The notes: a model not told the origin generated them from the sequence alone. Shown: positions 1 to 10,260, counted from the stretch's first letter. The stretch: DNA of 64,000 nucleotides from Candidatus Nealsonbacteria bacterium (GCA_003557645.1 PWNV01000020.1:78328-142327); one strand, 5' to 3'. Made by a program: numbers and translations.

Positions 1-16
1 TAATTATTTTCATATT

Positions 17-625
17 TTAAATAAGTGGTACAAAAGAAAATCCCGGATATTCTGTTCTTTTAAATCCCTTTTTTTCTTTTGTTAAAAGAAAAATTGATGA
101 TCCTATGGGAATTACTGCTTTTCCTTTTGTTTTAAGTTGCTTTCTTAAAGGAAGTGGCAAGTCTTTGTCTGTGGCCGCAGAAACTAGTATCTTATCAAAA
201 GGTGCCTTCTCTTTTTTTCCTTCTTTTCCGTCACCACAAAAAACTTCTACTGTCCCTTTTTCTAAAAAGTTATACTTTCCAATATTTTTCCTTCCAAAAT
301 CATAAAGCTCTGGAACAGTCTCTATAGCTATTACCTTTCCCTTCTTTCCAACTAAAAAAGCTAGAAGTGCTGTAGTCCATCCCGATCCCGAACCAACATC
401 AAGCACTCTTTCTCCCTCTTTTAAATCAAGTAAATTAAGCATAAAAGCTACAACCATCGGCTGAGAAATGGTTTGTCCATAACCAATAGTCAAGGGCACA
501 TCTTCATAGGCATTTTGCTTTTCCTTTTCTAAAACAAAATTTCTCCGATCAATAAAGCGAAAAGCATCCTCAATTTTCTTTCTTCGTGATAACTCGTTTT
601 CTTCTATGGTTTCATCAAAGGACAT
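17..625 (-). CDS. pcm: protein-L-isoaspartate O-methyltransferase
   Basis: IGYGQTISQP, VLDVGSGSGW and APFDKILVSAA motifs. Confidence 0.93.
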   Translation of the reverse strand: MSFDETIEENELSRRKKIEDAFRFIDRRNFVLEKEKQNAYEDVPLTIGYGQTISQPMVVAFMLNLLDLKEGERVLDVGSGSGWTTALLAFLVGKKGKVIAIETVPELYDFGRKNIGKYNFLEKGTVEVFCGDGKEGKKEKAPFDKILVSAATDKDLPLPLRKQLKTKGKAVIPIGSSIFLLTKEKKGFKRTEYPGFSFVPLI

Positions 626-1101
626 AGTTTCCGAAAATAAAAAAGAAAAAGTATGCCGAACTTCTTAAATGGGCCAACCTCATCTATGATAAGCCTGCCA
701 TTTAAGTGATCAATTTCATGCTGCAAGACTATCGCCATCATACCCTCTGCTTCTATCTGAGACTCTTGTCCACTTTCGTTTAGGAAAGTTACTTTTACTT
801 TTTTTGCGCGTCTAACATCAAAAAGCAACCCCTTCAAGCTAAGACACCCCTCCTTTATAATCACCTCTTCCTCACTTTTTTCTATTATCTCTGGATTAAT
901 GAGTCCATAGATTCCATTGTTAGCTTTAACCACAATCACCATCAAACTTTCTCCTACCTGAGGAGCAGCAAGACCAACGCCATCCTCTTTTCCAAGAACT
1001 TCTTTCATTTCCATTATCAGTGTACTTACCTCTCTGTAGTCTTTTACCTTTTCTGCTTTTTTTCGCAAAACAGGATTATGATAAGGCACTATTTCTTTCA
1101 T
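604..1101 (-). CDS. def: peptide deformylase (copy 1)
   Basis: GVGLAAPQVG, EGCLS, QHEIDHLNG. Start moved to MKEIVPY, 6 nt after a TATAAT. Confidence 0.95.
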   Translation of the reverse strand: MKEIVPYHNPVLRKKAEKVKDYREVSTLIMEMKEVLGKEDGVGLAAPQVGESLMVIVVKANNGIYGLINPEIIEKSEEEVIIKEGCLSLKGLLFDVRRAKKVKVTFLNESGQESQIEAEGMMAIVLQHEIDHLNGRLIIDEVGPFKKFGILFLFYFRKLCPLMKP

Positions 1102-1199
1102 ACTATCATTATAGCAAAACATTTTTATTTGGACACTGTTTCATTTAAAAAAACAACCGCAAAATCGGCGTTTCAATTCTTAAAGATTATAAAGTTTTC

Positions 1200-2150
1200 T
1201 TATTTATTTTCCTTTTCTATCCTCTCTTTTAATTTTTCTATTATTTTCTTCATTTTTTTCATTTTCAACTCTCTTCCTACAGTAAGACGACGAAACTTTT
1301 CTAACTCATCAACTTTATCCTGTAACTCTTTTGTTCTTTCTTGTATTTTGCTTTCTAAGTTTTCGTTCAGCTCTTTTAATTCTTTCGCTTTTGAGTCTAT
1401 TTTAACTTCAAGCACATCTTTTGCCTCTTCTAAATTTAATTGATAATATTTCAAGTCCTTAATCATCTCATTAAAGCTGTCAATCAATTCTCCTATTTCA
1501 GTATTTGGCTCCGTGTCAATGCTCGGTTCCAGCCCACCATCCCTGGCATCTTTAAAGGCTTCAATAACTTTTTTAAGAGGAACTATAATACTGATTCTTA
1601 AAATAAGAAATATTGTCAAACTAATCATTACTAAACACCCTGTTATAATTAAGAATCCATAAAACACAATTTCTCTGCACATTTCTTCAACGCTTTCCAA
1701 AGAGAAACCTATCCAAATAAACTGCCCACCACTACCTGGATAAATGATTGACCTTATCTTTTCACCATTAAAAATAACATCTGCTTCTATAACGCTGCCC
1801 GCTAAAAAAAGATTTAAAATGTTAGGATTTGTGATCTTTTTGCCACTCTCCCCTTTAATGCTGCTTTGATTGATCCCACCATCTTCTGTGATTACTCTTA
1901 TATATCGTAAGTCACTAAATCCCGCCATCTCTTCAACCATAGTTTCCTTTATATTCTTTTGATAGAGCGCGGATGAAGAATAAGTCGTTCTATCAATAAC
2001 CTCAGCCAATTGCACAATTTCTTGAATCTTTCCTTCAGTTAACTTATTCCTCTGGTAATTAGCAAGAACCGATCCAAAGAAAAGAACAATAACCGCAATG
2101 GCTATAATAAGAACAAATACTATGGTATAGAGAGAGTATCTTTTTTTCAT
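1200..2150 (-). CDS. membrane sensor-like protein (2 TM, HAMP, coiled coil), no output domain
   Basis: two TM helices; PLKKV...EIGELIDSFNEM HAMP; C-terminal coiled coil ending VGRELKM. Start moved to MKKRY. Confidence 0.8.
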   Translation of the reverse strand: MKKRYSLYTIVFVLIIAIAVIVLFFGSVLANYQRNKLTEGKIQEIVQLAEVIDRTTYSSSALYQKNIKETMVEEMAGFSDLRYIRVITEDGGINQSSIKGESGKKITNPNILNLFLAGSVIEADVIFNGEKIRSIIYPGSGGQFIWIGFSLESVEEMCREIVFYGFLIITGCLVMISLTIFLILRISIIVPLKKVIEAFKDARDGGLEPSIDTEPNTEIGELIDSFNEMIKDLKYYQLNLEEAKDVLEVKIDSKAKELKELNENLESKIQERTKELQDKVDELEKFRRLTVGRELKMKKMKKIIEKLKERIEKENK

Positions 2151-2303
2151 ACGTTGTCTCCTTTTAACTCTTCTCATTCTACCGCCACTAAATATTTTTT
2201 TCAAGCTTCTTAAAGCTTGTAAAGTCCTGTTCTGTAAAAAAAGAAACCAGCAATCAGCGTCAGTATTATAATGAGAAGTAAAATATTCTTTGCCTTCATT
2301 ATT

Positions 2304-2747
2304 TTACTTTCCAATAATTTGTAATTGAACTTTTCTGTGCCGCGCACTATCAAGCTCAACAAGCATAAGGCTTTGCCACTGCCCAAGCTGAAGCCTTCCC
2401 TTTATAACGCACAATGTGATCGTTGATAATAAATTAATAGCGTTACAGTGCGAGTGCCCGTTTTTACACTCGTTGTCACACACATTAACAGTTCTTTTTG
2501 CAAGATTGTCATGCTTATAATCTTTCTCCTGCGGAGCACTCTCTTCTAAGTGATTTCTGATGTCTTCTAAAAGTAAGGGCTCGTTTTCGTTGAGGATAAG
2601 AGCAGCAGAGGTGTGTAAAATTTGCACATTCAAAAATCCTTCTTCTATTTTTGAAGAATCTAAGAACTCTTTCGCTTTACTTGTAAAGTCAATAAAATGA
2701 AAGATTTTTTCTGTTTTAAATTCTAATAATTTGTTACTTGTTTTCAT
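2304..2747 (-). CDS. yjbQ: YjbQ/UPF0047 family protein
   Basis: HTSAALILNE, YKHD, NGHSH, LGQWQ..ELD motifs. Confidence 0.9.
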   Translation of the reverse strand: MKTSNKLLEFKTEKIFHFIDFTSKAKEFLDSSKIEEGFLNVQILHTSAALILNENEPLLLEDIRNHLEESAPQEKDYKHDNLAKRTVNVCDNECKNGHSHCNAINLLSTITLCVIKGRLQLGQWQSLMLVELDSARHRKVQLQIIGK

Positions 2748-2809
2748 AAATTTCTAAAACAAGAGCTCGAGAAAGTTCTCGAGCCCTTTATTAAAAAACA
2801 AAATTAAGA

Positions 2810-3193
2810 CTAATTTGTTTCTTGTACCTCTTCAAACATTCTCTCAATATCATCTGCCGTCAATGCCTTAAGTTCTTCTAGCGATAACTCCATAATTTTT
2901 TCATCTAAAAGAAGAAGGCTCTCAAGTAAATCCGGGTCCTCTTCTGCAGCCATCTGCATCTCTTCGGGAATAACCTCTTCGAAGGCTTCTTGTAATCTTA
3001 TGAGCTCTTCCTCCGTTAGTTGCATAATTGGAAGATCTTCTTGCTCCGGATCAATCACAATTTCTGCCTCTTGTTCTGGAGTAACAGGATCCTCTCCTTT
3101 TGGAGCAACAGGTTCCTCTTCTTTTGGAATAATCAAAAACACAATAGCAATTGCCAAAGCGCAGACTACTCCAATAAGTATATTTTTTGTCAT
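2810..3193 (-). CDS. acidic protein with N-terminal membrane anchor
   Basis: N-terminal hydrophobic helix, Glu-rich body; hairpin at 2763-2785 downstream. Confidence 0.75.
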   Translation of the reverse strand: MTKNILIGVVCALAIAIVFLIIPKEEEPVAPKGEDPVTPEQEAEIVIDPEQEDLPIMQLTEEELIRLQEAFEEVIPEEMQMAAEEDPDLLESLLLLDEKIMELSLEELKALTADDIERMFEEVQETN

Positions 3194-3271
3194 GTTTTGT
3201 TTTTTTTATTTTATCCGACCTTTAAGGCCTAACGTATCAAAAATAAAATAGTATGTAAACCCCCCACTCTA

Positions 3272-3874
3272 TCATTGTCTTACGTTTCTTCTTTTTTTAA
3301 TGAAAATTAAAGGAAAAACTATATCACTTAAACAACAAGGAACTATTACAGCAACAAAAACAATAAAAAAGGATATTAGAGCGTGAGCTAGGATAAAATC
3401 CGAACTAAAAGCTAAGAGATAAAACAGACTGGCAAACACAGAAAGAAGAACATGAGCAAAGTGAGGTGTCTTCGTTATCTTTAGAGCTATCCCAGCAATA
3501 CTTCCCAAAGAAGCAAAAAACAGAGTTAGAAAAGTTTCCTCAACTAAAGGAAGGTGAAAATGCAAATGAACGTCCAGGAAAATTCCACCTAAATATGGAA
3601 AAACTACATCACTTAAACTCCCAATAATTATTGCACCAGAAATACCTACAAAGAAAGCGTTAATAAAGGACGGTTTATACTTATAATAAAGTGCTCCTGT
3701 TGCCATGGCCGAAACAATAATATGCAAAAAGTGAAATATATGAAAAACATCTTCTCCAATCTCTCGTCTTAAAATATAATAAATGAAAAAAACAATCAAA
3801 ATCGCAACGAGCACCGCTAAGGCAGTAAAGGGAGTGTGCTCTTTTAGTTCTTCTATTACTTCCTTTGTTCTCAT
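3272..3874 (-). CDS. multi-pass membrane protein, His-rich
   Basis: about 6 TM segments; FHIFHFLH; PCCLSDIVFP. Confidence 0.8.
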   Translation of the reverse strand: MRTKEVIEELKEHTPFTALAVLVAILIVFFIYYILRREIGEDVFHIFHFLHIIVSAMATGALYYKYKPSFINAFFVGISGAIIIGSLSDVVFPYLGGIFLDVHLHFHLPLVEETFLTLFFASLGSIAGIALKITKTPHFAHVLLSVFASLFYLLAFSSDFILAHALISFFIVFVAVIVPCCLSDIVFPLIFIKKRRNVRQ

Positions 3875-4389
3875 TGATAATGTAAATTAATAAACCTGGC
3901 AACAGCAAAAATAATTGCTTTTTCGTAACCTTCTGTTCTTGAAATTAAATTATTGGTTAAAATCCCCACCGCGCCTTGCTTCTGTTTTGTGTCCTTTTCG
4001 CCAATAACTTCATCCATCACAGGACCAAGTTCTTCTCCTTTTCTAATCTTACAAGCGATCTTCTCTGGTAACGGTAACATTCCACCGTTACCAATTCCAA
4101 CCTCCCCACTCTTGTCTACCGCAACAACCCAACCTGTAAGAAACATGCCAAAATGAGAATCATAAACACATGCCTCTATCCCAATACCGATGTCGGCATC
4201 AACTTCCTTTAGAGATGACTGTGCTCTGTTCTTTGCTCCCTCGATACCCTCTTCGTTTGATGTCGGTTGCTCTTTCACACCCGAAGAAGCAATCGTTCCA
4301 ATAACTTCGGCTTCCGGCCAAATCTTTGCAACAACGTTTCTCACAGCTGCCACTTTTACAGGACTTTTTGAACCTACGCTTATTTTCAT
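3871..4389 (-). CDS. yjjX: inosine/xanthosine triphosphatase (DUF84)
   Basis: VGSKSPVK, SGVKEQP, GAKNRA, ELGPVMD, GAVGILT. Confidence 0.92.
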   Translation of the reverse strand: MKISVGSKSPVKVAAVRNVVAKIWPEAEVIGTIASSGVKEQPTSNEEGIEGAKNRAQSSLKEVDADIGIGIEACVYDSHFGMFLTGWVVAVDKSGEVGIGNGGMLPLPEKIACKIRKGEELGPVMDEVIGEKDTKQKQGAVGILTNNLISRTEGYEKAIIFAVARFINLHYQ

Positions 4390-4418
4390 AAAACTACTAA
4401 CTGTTTACATAATATGGT

Positions 4419-4841
4419 TTAAAGTAAGTACTGCCAAAATAGCACTAACAAGAATATAATCAGAAGAACGGCGAAGGCCTTGGGAGAAATTAACAACCTT
4501 TCTAATCTACTTTTCCAACCCGCTATTGCATCAAGCTCTCTTGCTAGCATAAAATCATTTTCTGTTAATCCCCCGCTTTCTCGTGTAGTAAGTCCAACAG
4601 TTACCATGCGAAAGCGAACAATCATTACGTCTGGATAATGATTTATTTTGGTAGCAAGACTTGCTGCTCCGTTAACAAAGTCAATAGTCTCACTAAATGT
4701 CTTAAAGTGAAAGCTTTTGAAAATCTTTTTTTCATCTAACGAAAATTTCCATACCTCCATCTCCTTCAAGCGTCTCTGTGCTTCTTTTTGACTTAAAATC
4801 TTATTTCTTCCTTCTGAAAAGTTTTCTGTTCTCTTATTCAT
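4419..4841 (-). CDS. pterin-4-alpha-carbinolamine dehydratase-like protein with C-terminal TM helix
   Basis: F.F.TF...FVN, NHYPD, GGLTENDFMLA; hydrophobic C-terminus. Start moved to MNKR. Confidence 0.82.
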   Translation of the reverse strand: MNKRTENFSEGRNKILSQKEAQRRLKEMEVWKFSLDEKKIFKSFHFKTFSETIDFVNGAASLATKINHYPDVMIVRFRMVTVGLTTRESGGLTENDFMLARELDAIAGWKSRLERLLISPKAFAVLLIIFLLVLFWQYLL

Positions 4842-5319
4842 CGTTTTTTTTATCCAACGTATATTTGTTATATCCTTCATCTGAAAACTCAATTTTCTTA
4901 AAGCCATGTTTCCCGAAAAACTTTTCCGCATCCTCTCCTCCTCTTAGATTAAGGGAAATTTCGCTTTTCTCCATACTTTTCATTGCTACCTCTAGAATAT
5001 TACTTGCAAGACCGGAAGAGCGATACTCTTTTTTAACCCACATCATTTCTATAAAATTTGTATCGTCTTCCTTTTCTGTATAAACAATAAATCCTACAAC
5101 ATCCTCGCCCTCTTTTGCTACTAGCAACTTTGATTTCTCAGACTCAATCATCCCTTTCAAATTCTCATAGTTAAAACTAAGAGCTCCTAACTTTATCCCC
5201 ATTTCATCTTCCTCCTCCCTTTCTTCCACTCCTAAGTCTCTGGGAAGATTTTCAAGGTCATCCACGCTTCCCCAAGTTATCTCTGGTAATTTTATATTTT
5301 CAAAATTTCTTTCAAGCAT
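4834..5319 (-). CDS. GNAT family N-acetyltransferase
   Basis: WVKKEYRSSGLA and FFGKHGF motifs. Confidence 0.85.
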   Translation of the reverse strand: MLERNFENIKLPEITWGSVDDLENLPRDLGVEEREEEDEMGIKLGALSFNYENLKGMIESEKSKLLVAKEGEDVVGFIVYTEKEDDTNFIEMMWVKKEYRSSGLASNILEVAMKSMEKSEISLNLRGGEDAEKFFGKHGFKKIEFSDEGYNKYTLDKKNDE

Positions 5320-5827
5320 TTTCTTTCCCTTTTCTAGTCAAAAAGAAAACTATAATAAACATGGCAAGAATAGATCCAACCGCCACCAAAGCCACCCTTG
5401 TTGAAGAGTCCTTTTGTGTTTCTTCTGCTTCTTTTTGATGAATAGATATGTTCTCAAAATATGGTCCAAAAAAATTAAGAACTGTTCCCTCGATAATATT
5501 TCCCTCCCCTATAATGTCTTCGTCAGGAACATCTTCTACCGCTACATAAATTTCTGTAACTTCATTGACGGGATATAGCTCATCACAACTATCAAAATCA
5601 TGCTCCCACTCTCCGATCAAATCAACTTCGTTTACAAAAACATCCAAAATAAATCTCTTCGGATATGAAAGAGCAGGAAGATTTGGTTGTGACTGTTCTT
5701 CTGCTTCTTGAAAACTAATACTTAAAATTTCACCCCTAACAAAACAATCCGGAAGATACATCGGGCTAAGCCCATTCACAGAAACGGGAATTAATAACAT
5801 TATTACAATTATTATTTTTTTAAACAT
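5312..5827 (-). CDS. exported protein with C-terminal TM anchor
   Basis: signal peptide; C-terminal TM followed by basic tail. Confidence 0.75.
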   Translation of the reverse strand: MFKKIIIVIMLLIPVSVNGLSPMYLPDCFVRGEILSISFQEAEEQSQPNLPALSYPKRFILDVFVNEVDLIGEWEHDFDSCDELYPVNEVTEIYVAVEDVPDEDIIGEGNIIEGTVLNFFGPYFENISIHQKEAEETQKDSSTRVALVAVGSILAMFIIVFFLTRKGKENA

Positions 5828-5849
5828 TTTTTATTTTACAATTATTTTT

Positions 5850-6314
5850 TTAAACATTTTCTATTAATTTTTCTGCAAAAGACTTTGCAGCCTCAATATC
5901 TTTTTTACTCGGTCTTCCCTTGTTTACTCCTCCAATATACTTTATCGGCCCGTAAGTGTCATATCCTAAACAGTTAAAATCTCCCATCAACTCAAATCCC
6001 TTTTTTTCAAGAATTTTTTCCATGTGAGCATGGGATCTATTTAAGATAATATTCTTCTTCATTCCGCTTGTTGAAAAAATAAAAGCTTTCTTCTTATCCA
6101 CTTTTGGAAGATTTTCGACTAAATTAATTAATCCTTTATGAAACTTTGAAAGATAAACTCCTGAACCAAAACCCACTAGCTCAATCTCTTCTAATTCTTC
6201 TTTTTTTACATCAGAAAAAGAAACTACTTTGGCACTCAAAACGTTTCCTATTTCCTTGGCAATTTTCTCTGTGTTCTTGTGGTGAATAGAGGCATAAATG
6301 ATTAGAGTGTTCAT
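5850..6314 (-). CDS. flavodoxin family protein
   Basis: IIYASIHHKNTEKIA, GFGSGVY, FNCLGYDT..GGVNKGRP. Confidence 0.9.
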   Translation of the reverse strand: MNTLIIYASIHHKNTEKIAKEIGNVLSAKVVSFSDVKKEELEEIELVGFGSGVYLSKFHKGLINLVENLPKVDKKKAFIFSTSGMKKNIILNRSHAHMEKILEKKGFELMGDFNCLGYDTYGPIKYIGGVNKGRPSKKDIEAAKSFAEKLIENV

Positions 6315-6328
6315 ATATATTTTTATTA

Positions 6329-7048
6329 TTATATCTCACTGTATCCTGGAAAATAATCATGTCTTATCTGCTCTTCTTTGACTCCAAGAGCTATAAGCAT
6401 ATCGCTTGCCGAGTGCACCATCGATTCCGGGCCGGAAACGTAAAAAATACAATCATTGATATTTTTTATATATTTTTTAATCATACCTTCATCAACATAT
6501 CCTGTTTCCCCCTGCCAATCTATGCTTTCATTTTTTACTATATAAATGGTTTCAAGGCCGAAAACTTTTCTTGCCTCATTAAAGATGTCACGAAAAACAA
6601 TTTCTTTTTCCAAGTTTGTTCCGTAAAAAAAAGTAATATCTCTCTTTTCTTTTCTGTCAATTAAACTCTTAACCATACTCCTGAATGGAGTAACTCCTAT
6701 TCCTCCAGCAATAAAAACTAACTTTTCAGTACTTCTCTCGGGAAGAACAAAATCCCCATAAGGACCTTCTGCTGTAATATTGTCTCCTAATTGAATTTTT
6801 TTTAGCTGTGTTTTAAATGTGCTTGCACTTTCAATAATTTTTGTTACAAGCAAGATTTTTTCTTCTGCCGGTGAAGAAGCGATCGTAAAAAATCTCCGAG
6901 ACCCCCTACTATCAGCGTTTTCATGTTTTAACGACCACTCCAAAAACTGTCCTGACCTAAAATTAATCTTTTTTTCACTTTTAAACCAGAATCCATAAAT
7001 AGAGTCCGCGAGTTGTTCCTTTTTTCTTAGAGCCAGTTCAAAACTCAT
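6329..7048 (-). CDS. FAD/NAD(P)-binding oxidoreductase (FNR family)
   Basis: RRFFTIASSP, GPYGDF, IAGGIGVTPF, YVSGP. Confidence 0.9.
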   Translation of the reverse strand: MSFELALRKKEQLADSIYGFWFKSEKKINFRSGQFLEWSLKHENADSRGSRRFFTIASSPAEEKILLVTKIIESASTFKTQLKKIQLGDNITAEGPYGDFVLPERSTEKLVFIAGGIGVTPFRSMVKSLIDRKEKRDITFFYGTNLEKEIVFRDIFNEARKVFGLETIYIVKNESIDWQGETGYVDEGMIKKYIKNINDCIFYVSGPESMVHSASDMLIALGVKEEQIRHDYFPGYSEI

Positions 7049-7050
7049 TT

Positions 7051-7278
7051 TTAAATTTTAGATTTAGGGTCCTTCCCTGTTTCGCAATAATAGTAACTTG
7101 AAAAGCGGTTAATTTTCCAAACAAAACACTTCGAGCAAACGCATCCCTTTCTCTTTATTTCAAACTTACTCTTCCCAAACTCACAATAAGTTTCCAGATC
7201 TCCTTTCTTCGGATAACTTGGGCACTTTGAACAAGCACAAAAAAGTGAGATTATTTTTCTAAGAAACTTTTTAAACAT
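7051..7278 (-). CDS. Cys-rich small protein (DUF2769-like)
   Basis: CxCxxCPSY...YCxxGKS...GCxCxxC...YYC pattern. Confidence 0.75.
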   Translation of the reverse strand: MFKKFLRKIISLFCACSKCPSYPKKGDLETYCEFGKSKFEIKRKGCVCSKCFVWKINRFSSYYYCETGKDPKSKI

Positions 7279-8016
7279 TTACTTTGCAGTCCACCCTCCA
7301 TCAACATGAAGAATATTTCCAGTAACATATTTGGATTCGTCAGAAGCAAGATAAACAGCAGCATTTGCAATGTCCTCAACTTCACCAACATGTCCAAGTG
7401 GTGTTGAGGACTTTACCATAGCATTAAAATTATCATCTTCTAAAACGTCTTTTGTCATATTAGTCCTAATAAATCCAGGAGCAATAGCATTTACACGAAT
7501 ACTACTTTCTGCTAAATCCAAAGCACCAGAACGAGTAAGCTGAACTACTCCTCCTTTAGACGCAGAATACGCCAAAGCACCGTTAAAACCAACGCTACCC
7601 AAGATAGAGCTTATATTGATAATAGAACCTTTTTTATTTTGTTCCTTCATTTTCTTTGCTGCCTCTCTCATCCCATACATTGTTCCGCTTAAATTAACAT
7701 CTATAACTTTCTGCCAATCCTCGTCGGTTACATCAAGAATTCCCCCAAGTGACCCTATTCCTGCGTTATTTACGATAACATCAATTCCTCCAAACAGATC
7801 AATTGTCTTTTCTATTAAATCAATAACTTCGCTGGCAGAAGAAACATCACATTTTAAGTACTTTGCATCACCTTCTAAATTTTCAATTTCACTAAAGTCG
7901 TCATGAATATCAGAAAAAACAACTTTTGCTCCCTCTCTTAGAAAGGTTTCTCCTATCTCCTTTCCAATCCCCGATCCTGCTCCTGTGACTACTGCTACTT
8001 TGTTTTTTAGTCTCAT
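7279..8016 (-). CDS. short-chain dehydrogenase/reductase
   Basis: TGAGSGIG, NNAG, YSASKGG, VDGG. Confidence 0.95.
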   Translation of the reverse strand: MRLKNKVAVVTGAGSGIGKEIGETFLREGAKVVFSDIHDDFSEIENLEGDAKYLKCDVSSASEVIDLIEKTIDLFGGIDVIVNNAGIGSLGGILDVTDEDWQKVIDVNLSGTMYGMREAAKKMKEQNKKGSIINISSILGSVGFNGALAYSASKGGVVQLTRSGALDLAESSIRVNAIAPGFIRTNMTKDVLEDDNFNAMVKSSTPLGHVGEVEDIANAAVYLASDESKYVTGNILHVDGGWTAK

Positions 8017-8250
8017 ATTTTTTATTTAATTAATTTTTAAAAACTTATAACATAATTTAATTCACCCTCCTTTCGTATTGATTTTGTCCACCGCTTTATG
8101 CGCGCTAAAAACACTAAACATCATCAAGGCAGAATACAAGATAAACCCTATCAAGAAAAACTTTGATAAAATGCAAACTACTCCATTCGTCATGAAAACA
8201 TTATTACATAAATCGCTCCATCTTGCCACTTAACTCACATAACTTTACAT

Positions 8251-8385
8251 TCAGTAAAGATCTTCAGAACTATAATTAAGCTTAAAAGCAAGATGTGCAT
8301 AGTCTCTTTTAGTGCTGTTTATGACAATGTGCCTATCGTCTGGATCAATAATTAAAACATCTCCTTTTTTGAAAAGAAGTTCAAG
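8251..8385 (-). pseudogene. C-terminal remnant of a cupin-domain gene
   Basis: startless frame LELLFKKGDVLIIDPDDRHIVINSTKRDYAHLAFKLNYSSEDLY*, resembling cupin motif 2 (GD.l.i.p...H...N); in-frame TAG just upstream. Confidence 0.6.
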
Positions 8386-9322
8386 CTATTTCTTTGCAAA
8401 CATCTATAATATTGTTAAAAGTTTGATCGCTGGGAACTGCTTCTTTGAAATATATCCCCTCCTTCTCTTTTTCCTCAATGACTTCATTAATAATTTTTAA
8501 AAGAGATTCACACTGATCAATAAATTCTTTGTTTTCTTCTCCTATGATACTTTTGTAAGTTTCTAATTGAATTTTAATTTCTTTTAAAAAGACGCCTTGA
8601 AGAGGATCTTTGTTCAGTTTTTTTATCAGATCATTTTTCCACTCTTCCACAAACCCACCTTTATCTTCTTCTAAAGACTTTAGCTCTGCAAAAGTATCAA
8701 AAAGATTATCTACATTGTTTTTGTCTGCCCCCACTACCACCGGAATTAAATTTTTAAGGCTTCCTTGATAATATTCTCCATTAGCATCTTTTATTTGAGA
8801 ATTAAAATACTTAACCTCTTGCATATCCTTTTTCTTTCTTATTTTCTCTATATTTCTCCTTATTTTCTCTTCAATAACTTTAACATTAGAAGATGTGGAG
8901 GCATCCACTGCAATGGCCATTCTTTCTGGTCTTTCTTTGTCAAACTCAATAACCATATCCACTCCATTTATCACGTCATCATATTCAGATGTTCTGGATG
9001 TCTTTACGTCTTTTCCAAGCCATTCTCCTTGATGTATTCGATCACCTAGAACTATTTCAAAACACCTCCCTCTTTTTTTGTTTTCTTCCATAATCCTTTT
9101 TTCTGTTTCTCCTAATCCAGAGTTACTTTTTTCGATTCCTTTTTTAGTTAACCTTAATTTGTTAAGGTCTTTTCCAATTGGGTTTTCTTTCCCATGATAG
9201 ATATGCATGAAGTGTCGGGGATCAGGAGCTTCAAGAGTTTCGCCATACTCTAAAATAATATCATAAACTTTTCCCTTATTTTCTTTTTCTTCAACGCAAT
9301 AATTTTCAAAAATATTTCTCAT
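8381..9322 (-). CDS. hypothetical protein, possibly PD-(D/E)XK-like fold
   Basis: 313 aa ORF; FE...SEYDDVINGVD...AVDAS acidic motif spacing. Confidence 0.7.
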   Translation of the reverse strand: MRNIFENYCVEEKENKGKVYDIILEYGETLEAPDPRHFMHIYHGKENPIGKDLNKLRLTKKGIEKSNSGLGETEKRIMEENKKRGRCFEIVLGDRIHQGEWLGKDVKTSRTSEYDDVINGVDMVIEFDKERPERMAIAVDASTSSNVKVIEEKIRRNIEKIRKKKDMQEVKYFNSQIKDANGEYYQGSLKNLIPVVVGADKNNVDNLFDTFAELKSLEEDKGGFVEEWKNDLIKKLNKDPLQGVFLKEIKIQLETYKSIIGEENKEFIDQCESLLKIINEVIEEKEKEGIYFKEAVPSDQTFNNIIDVCKEIA

Positions 9323-9429
9323 ACTCTTTAATCTTTATAAAATAATATCTTATTTACCCTCTTTCCGCAAACAAAATTTTAAAAAAATGATAGATATAAA
9401 AATAGGGAGCATAACAACATGCTCCCTTT

Positions 9430-10260
9430 TTAAAAAAGGTAAAAGGATATTCCAATAATTGCTAACCATATGTTTGTAATATTACTTACAAGTATATTAT
9501 TGCCAGCAACTTTTACTCGATTATCTCTTAAAAGAACCAAACAACTCTTAAACTCTGGCCAACTCGAGAGTGTGGCCAGCACCAAAAAACCAATCAAGTT
9601 CTTTGGAACGCCAGAAACTTCCCTAGCAAAATCCACCGCTAAATCAAGAAAAGATCCCGCTAAAAAAAGTAGTATGACTGCTGGAACTATGGCCCAACTT
9701 GCAACATCAGAAGATCTTTCTCCTCTCCTCTCTTCTTTAGGTCTTAAAAAGAAAAAGAGTGACGTCGTTAAAAAAGCTATTACCATCCATCCCAAATAAA
9801 AGTTTTCGGGCACGATGTAAAAAATCAAGGAAAGAGCAGCGGTAAAAGCGATGCAAAGCAAGCCATAAGTAAGCTTTGTTTGTAATAATTTAATAGCTCC
9901 CCCACTTAGTAACATCGCTAGCACAAGCATTACTGGATTAATGACGCTCGAACCTAACGGAGTGCTGGTGCCAAAAAGTGCATCGCCTGTCATAATCCCT
10001 ACCACGAGCACTATCAACTCAGGCCCATTAGTTAAAAAGCCAAGAATAGCTCCAAGTCCTCGAACATTACGAAGAATTTCAATGATGATCTCTATCGCCA
10101 CTCCTATTACGCTCATTATTAGAATAACACATAAAGAAGCTAAGACAGTAACTCCAGGACTCCCTCCACTCTTTAGAGAAAAGGAAAGGAAAAAAAGCAA
10201 AACTCCTGCCCAGATATAAACATCTAAAACATCAATCCATTTCCTTGCACCATAAAACAC
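9430..10260 (-). CDS. Ca2+/cation antiporter (CaCA) family protein
   Basis: alpha repeats TNGPEL...LGS and SSWPEF...SNITNI; GTG start after GGAGGAGGTG. Confidence 0.75.
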   Translation of the reverse strand: MFYGARKWIDVLDVYIWAGVLLFFLSFSLKSGGSPGVTVLASLCVILIMSVIGVAIEIIIEILRNVRGLGAILGFLTNGPELIVLVVGIMTGDALFGTSTPLGSSVINPVMLVLAMLLSGGAIKLLQTKLTYGLLCIAFTAALSLIFYIVPENFYLGWMVIAFLTTSLFFFLRPKEERRGERSSDVASWAIVPAVILLFLAGSFLDLAVDFAREVSGVPKNLIGFLVLATLSSWPEFKSCLVLLRDNRVKVAGNNILVSNITNIWLAIIGISFYLF

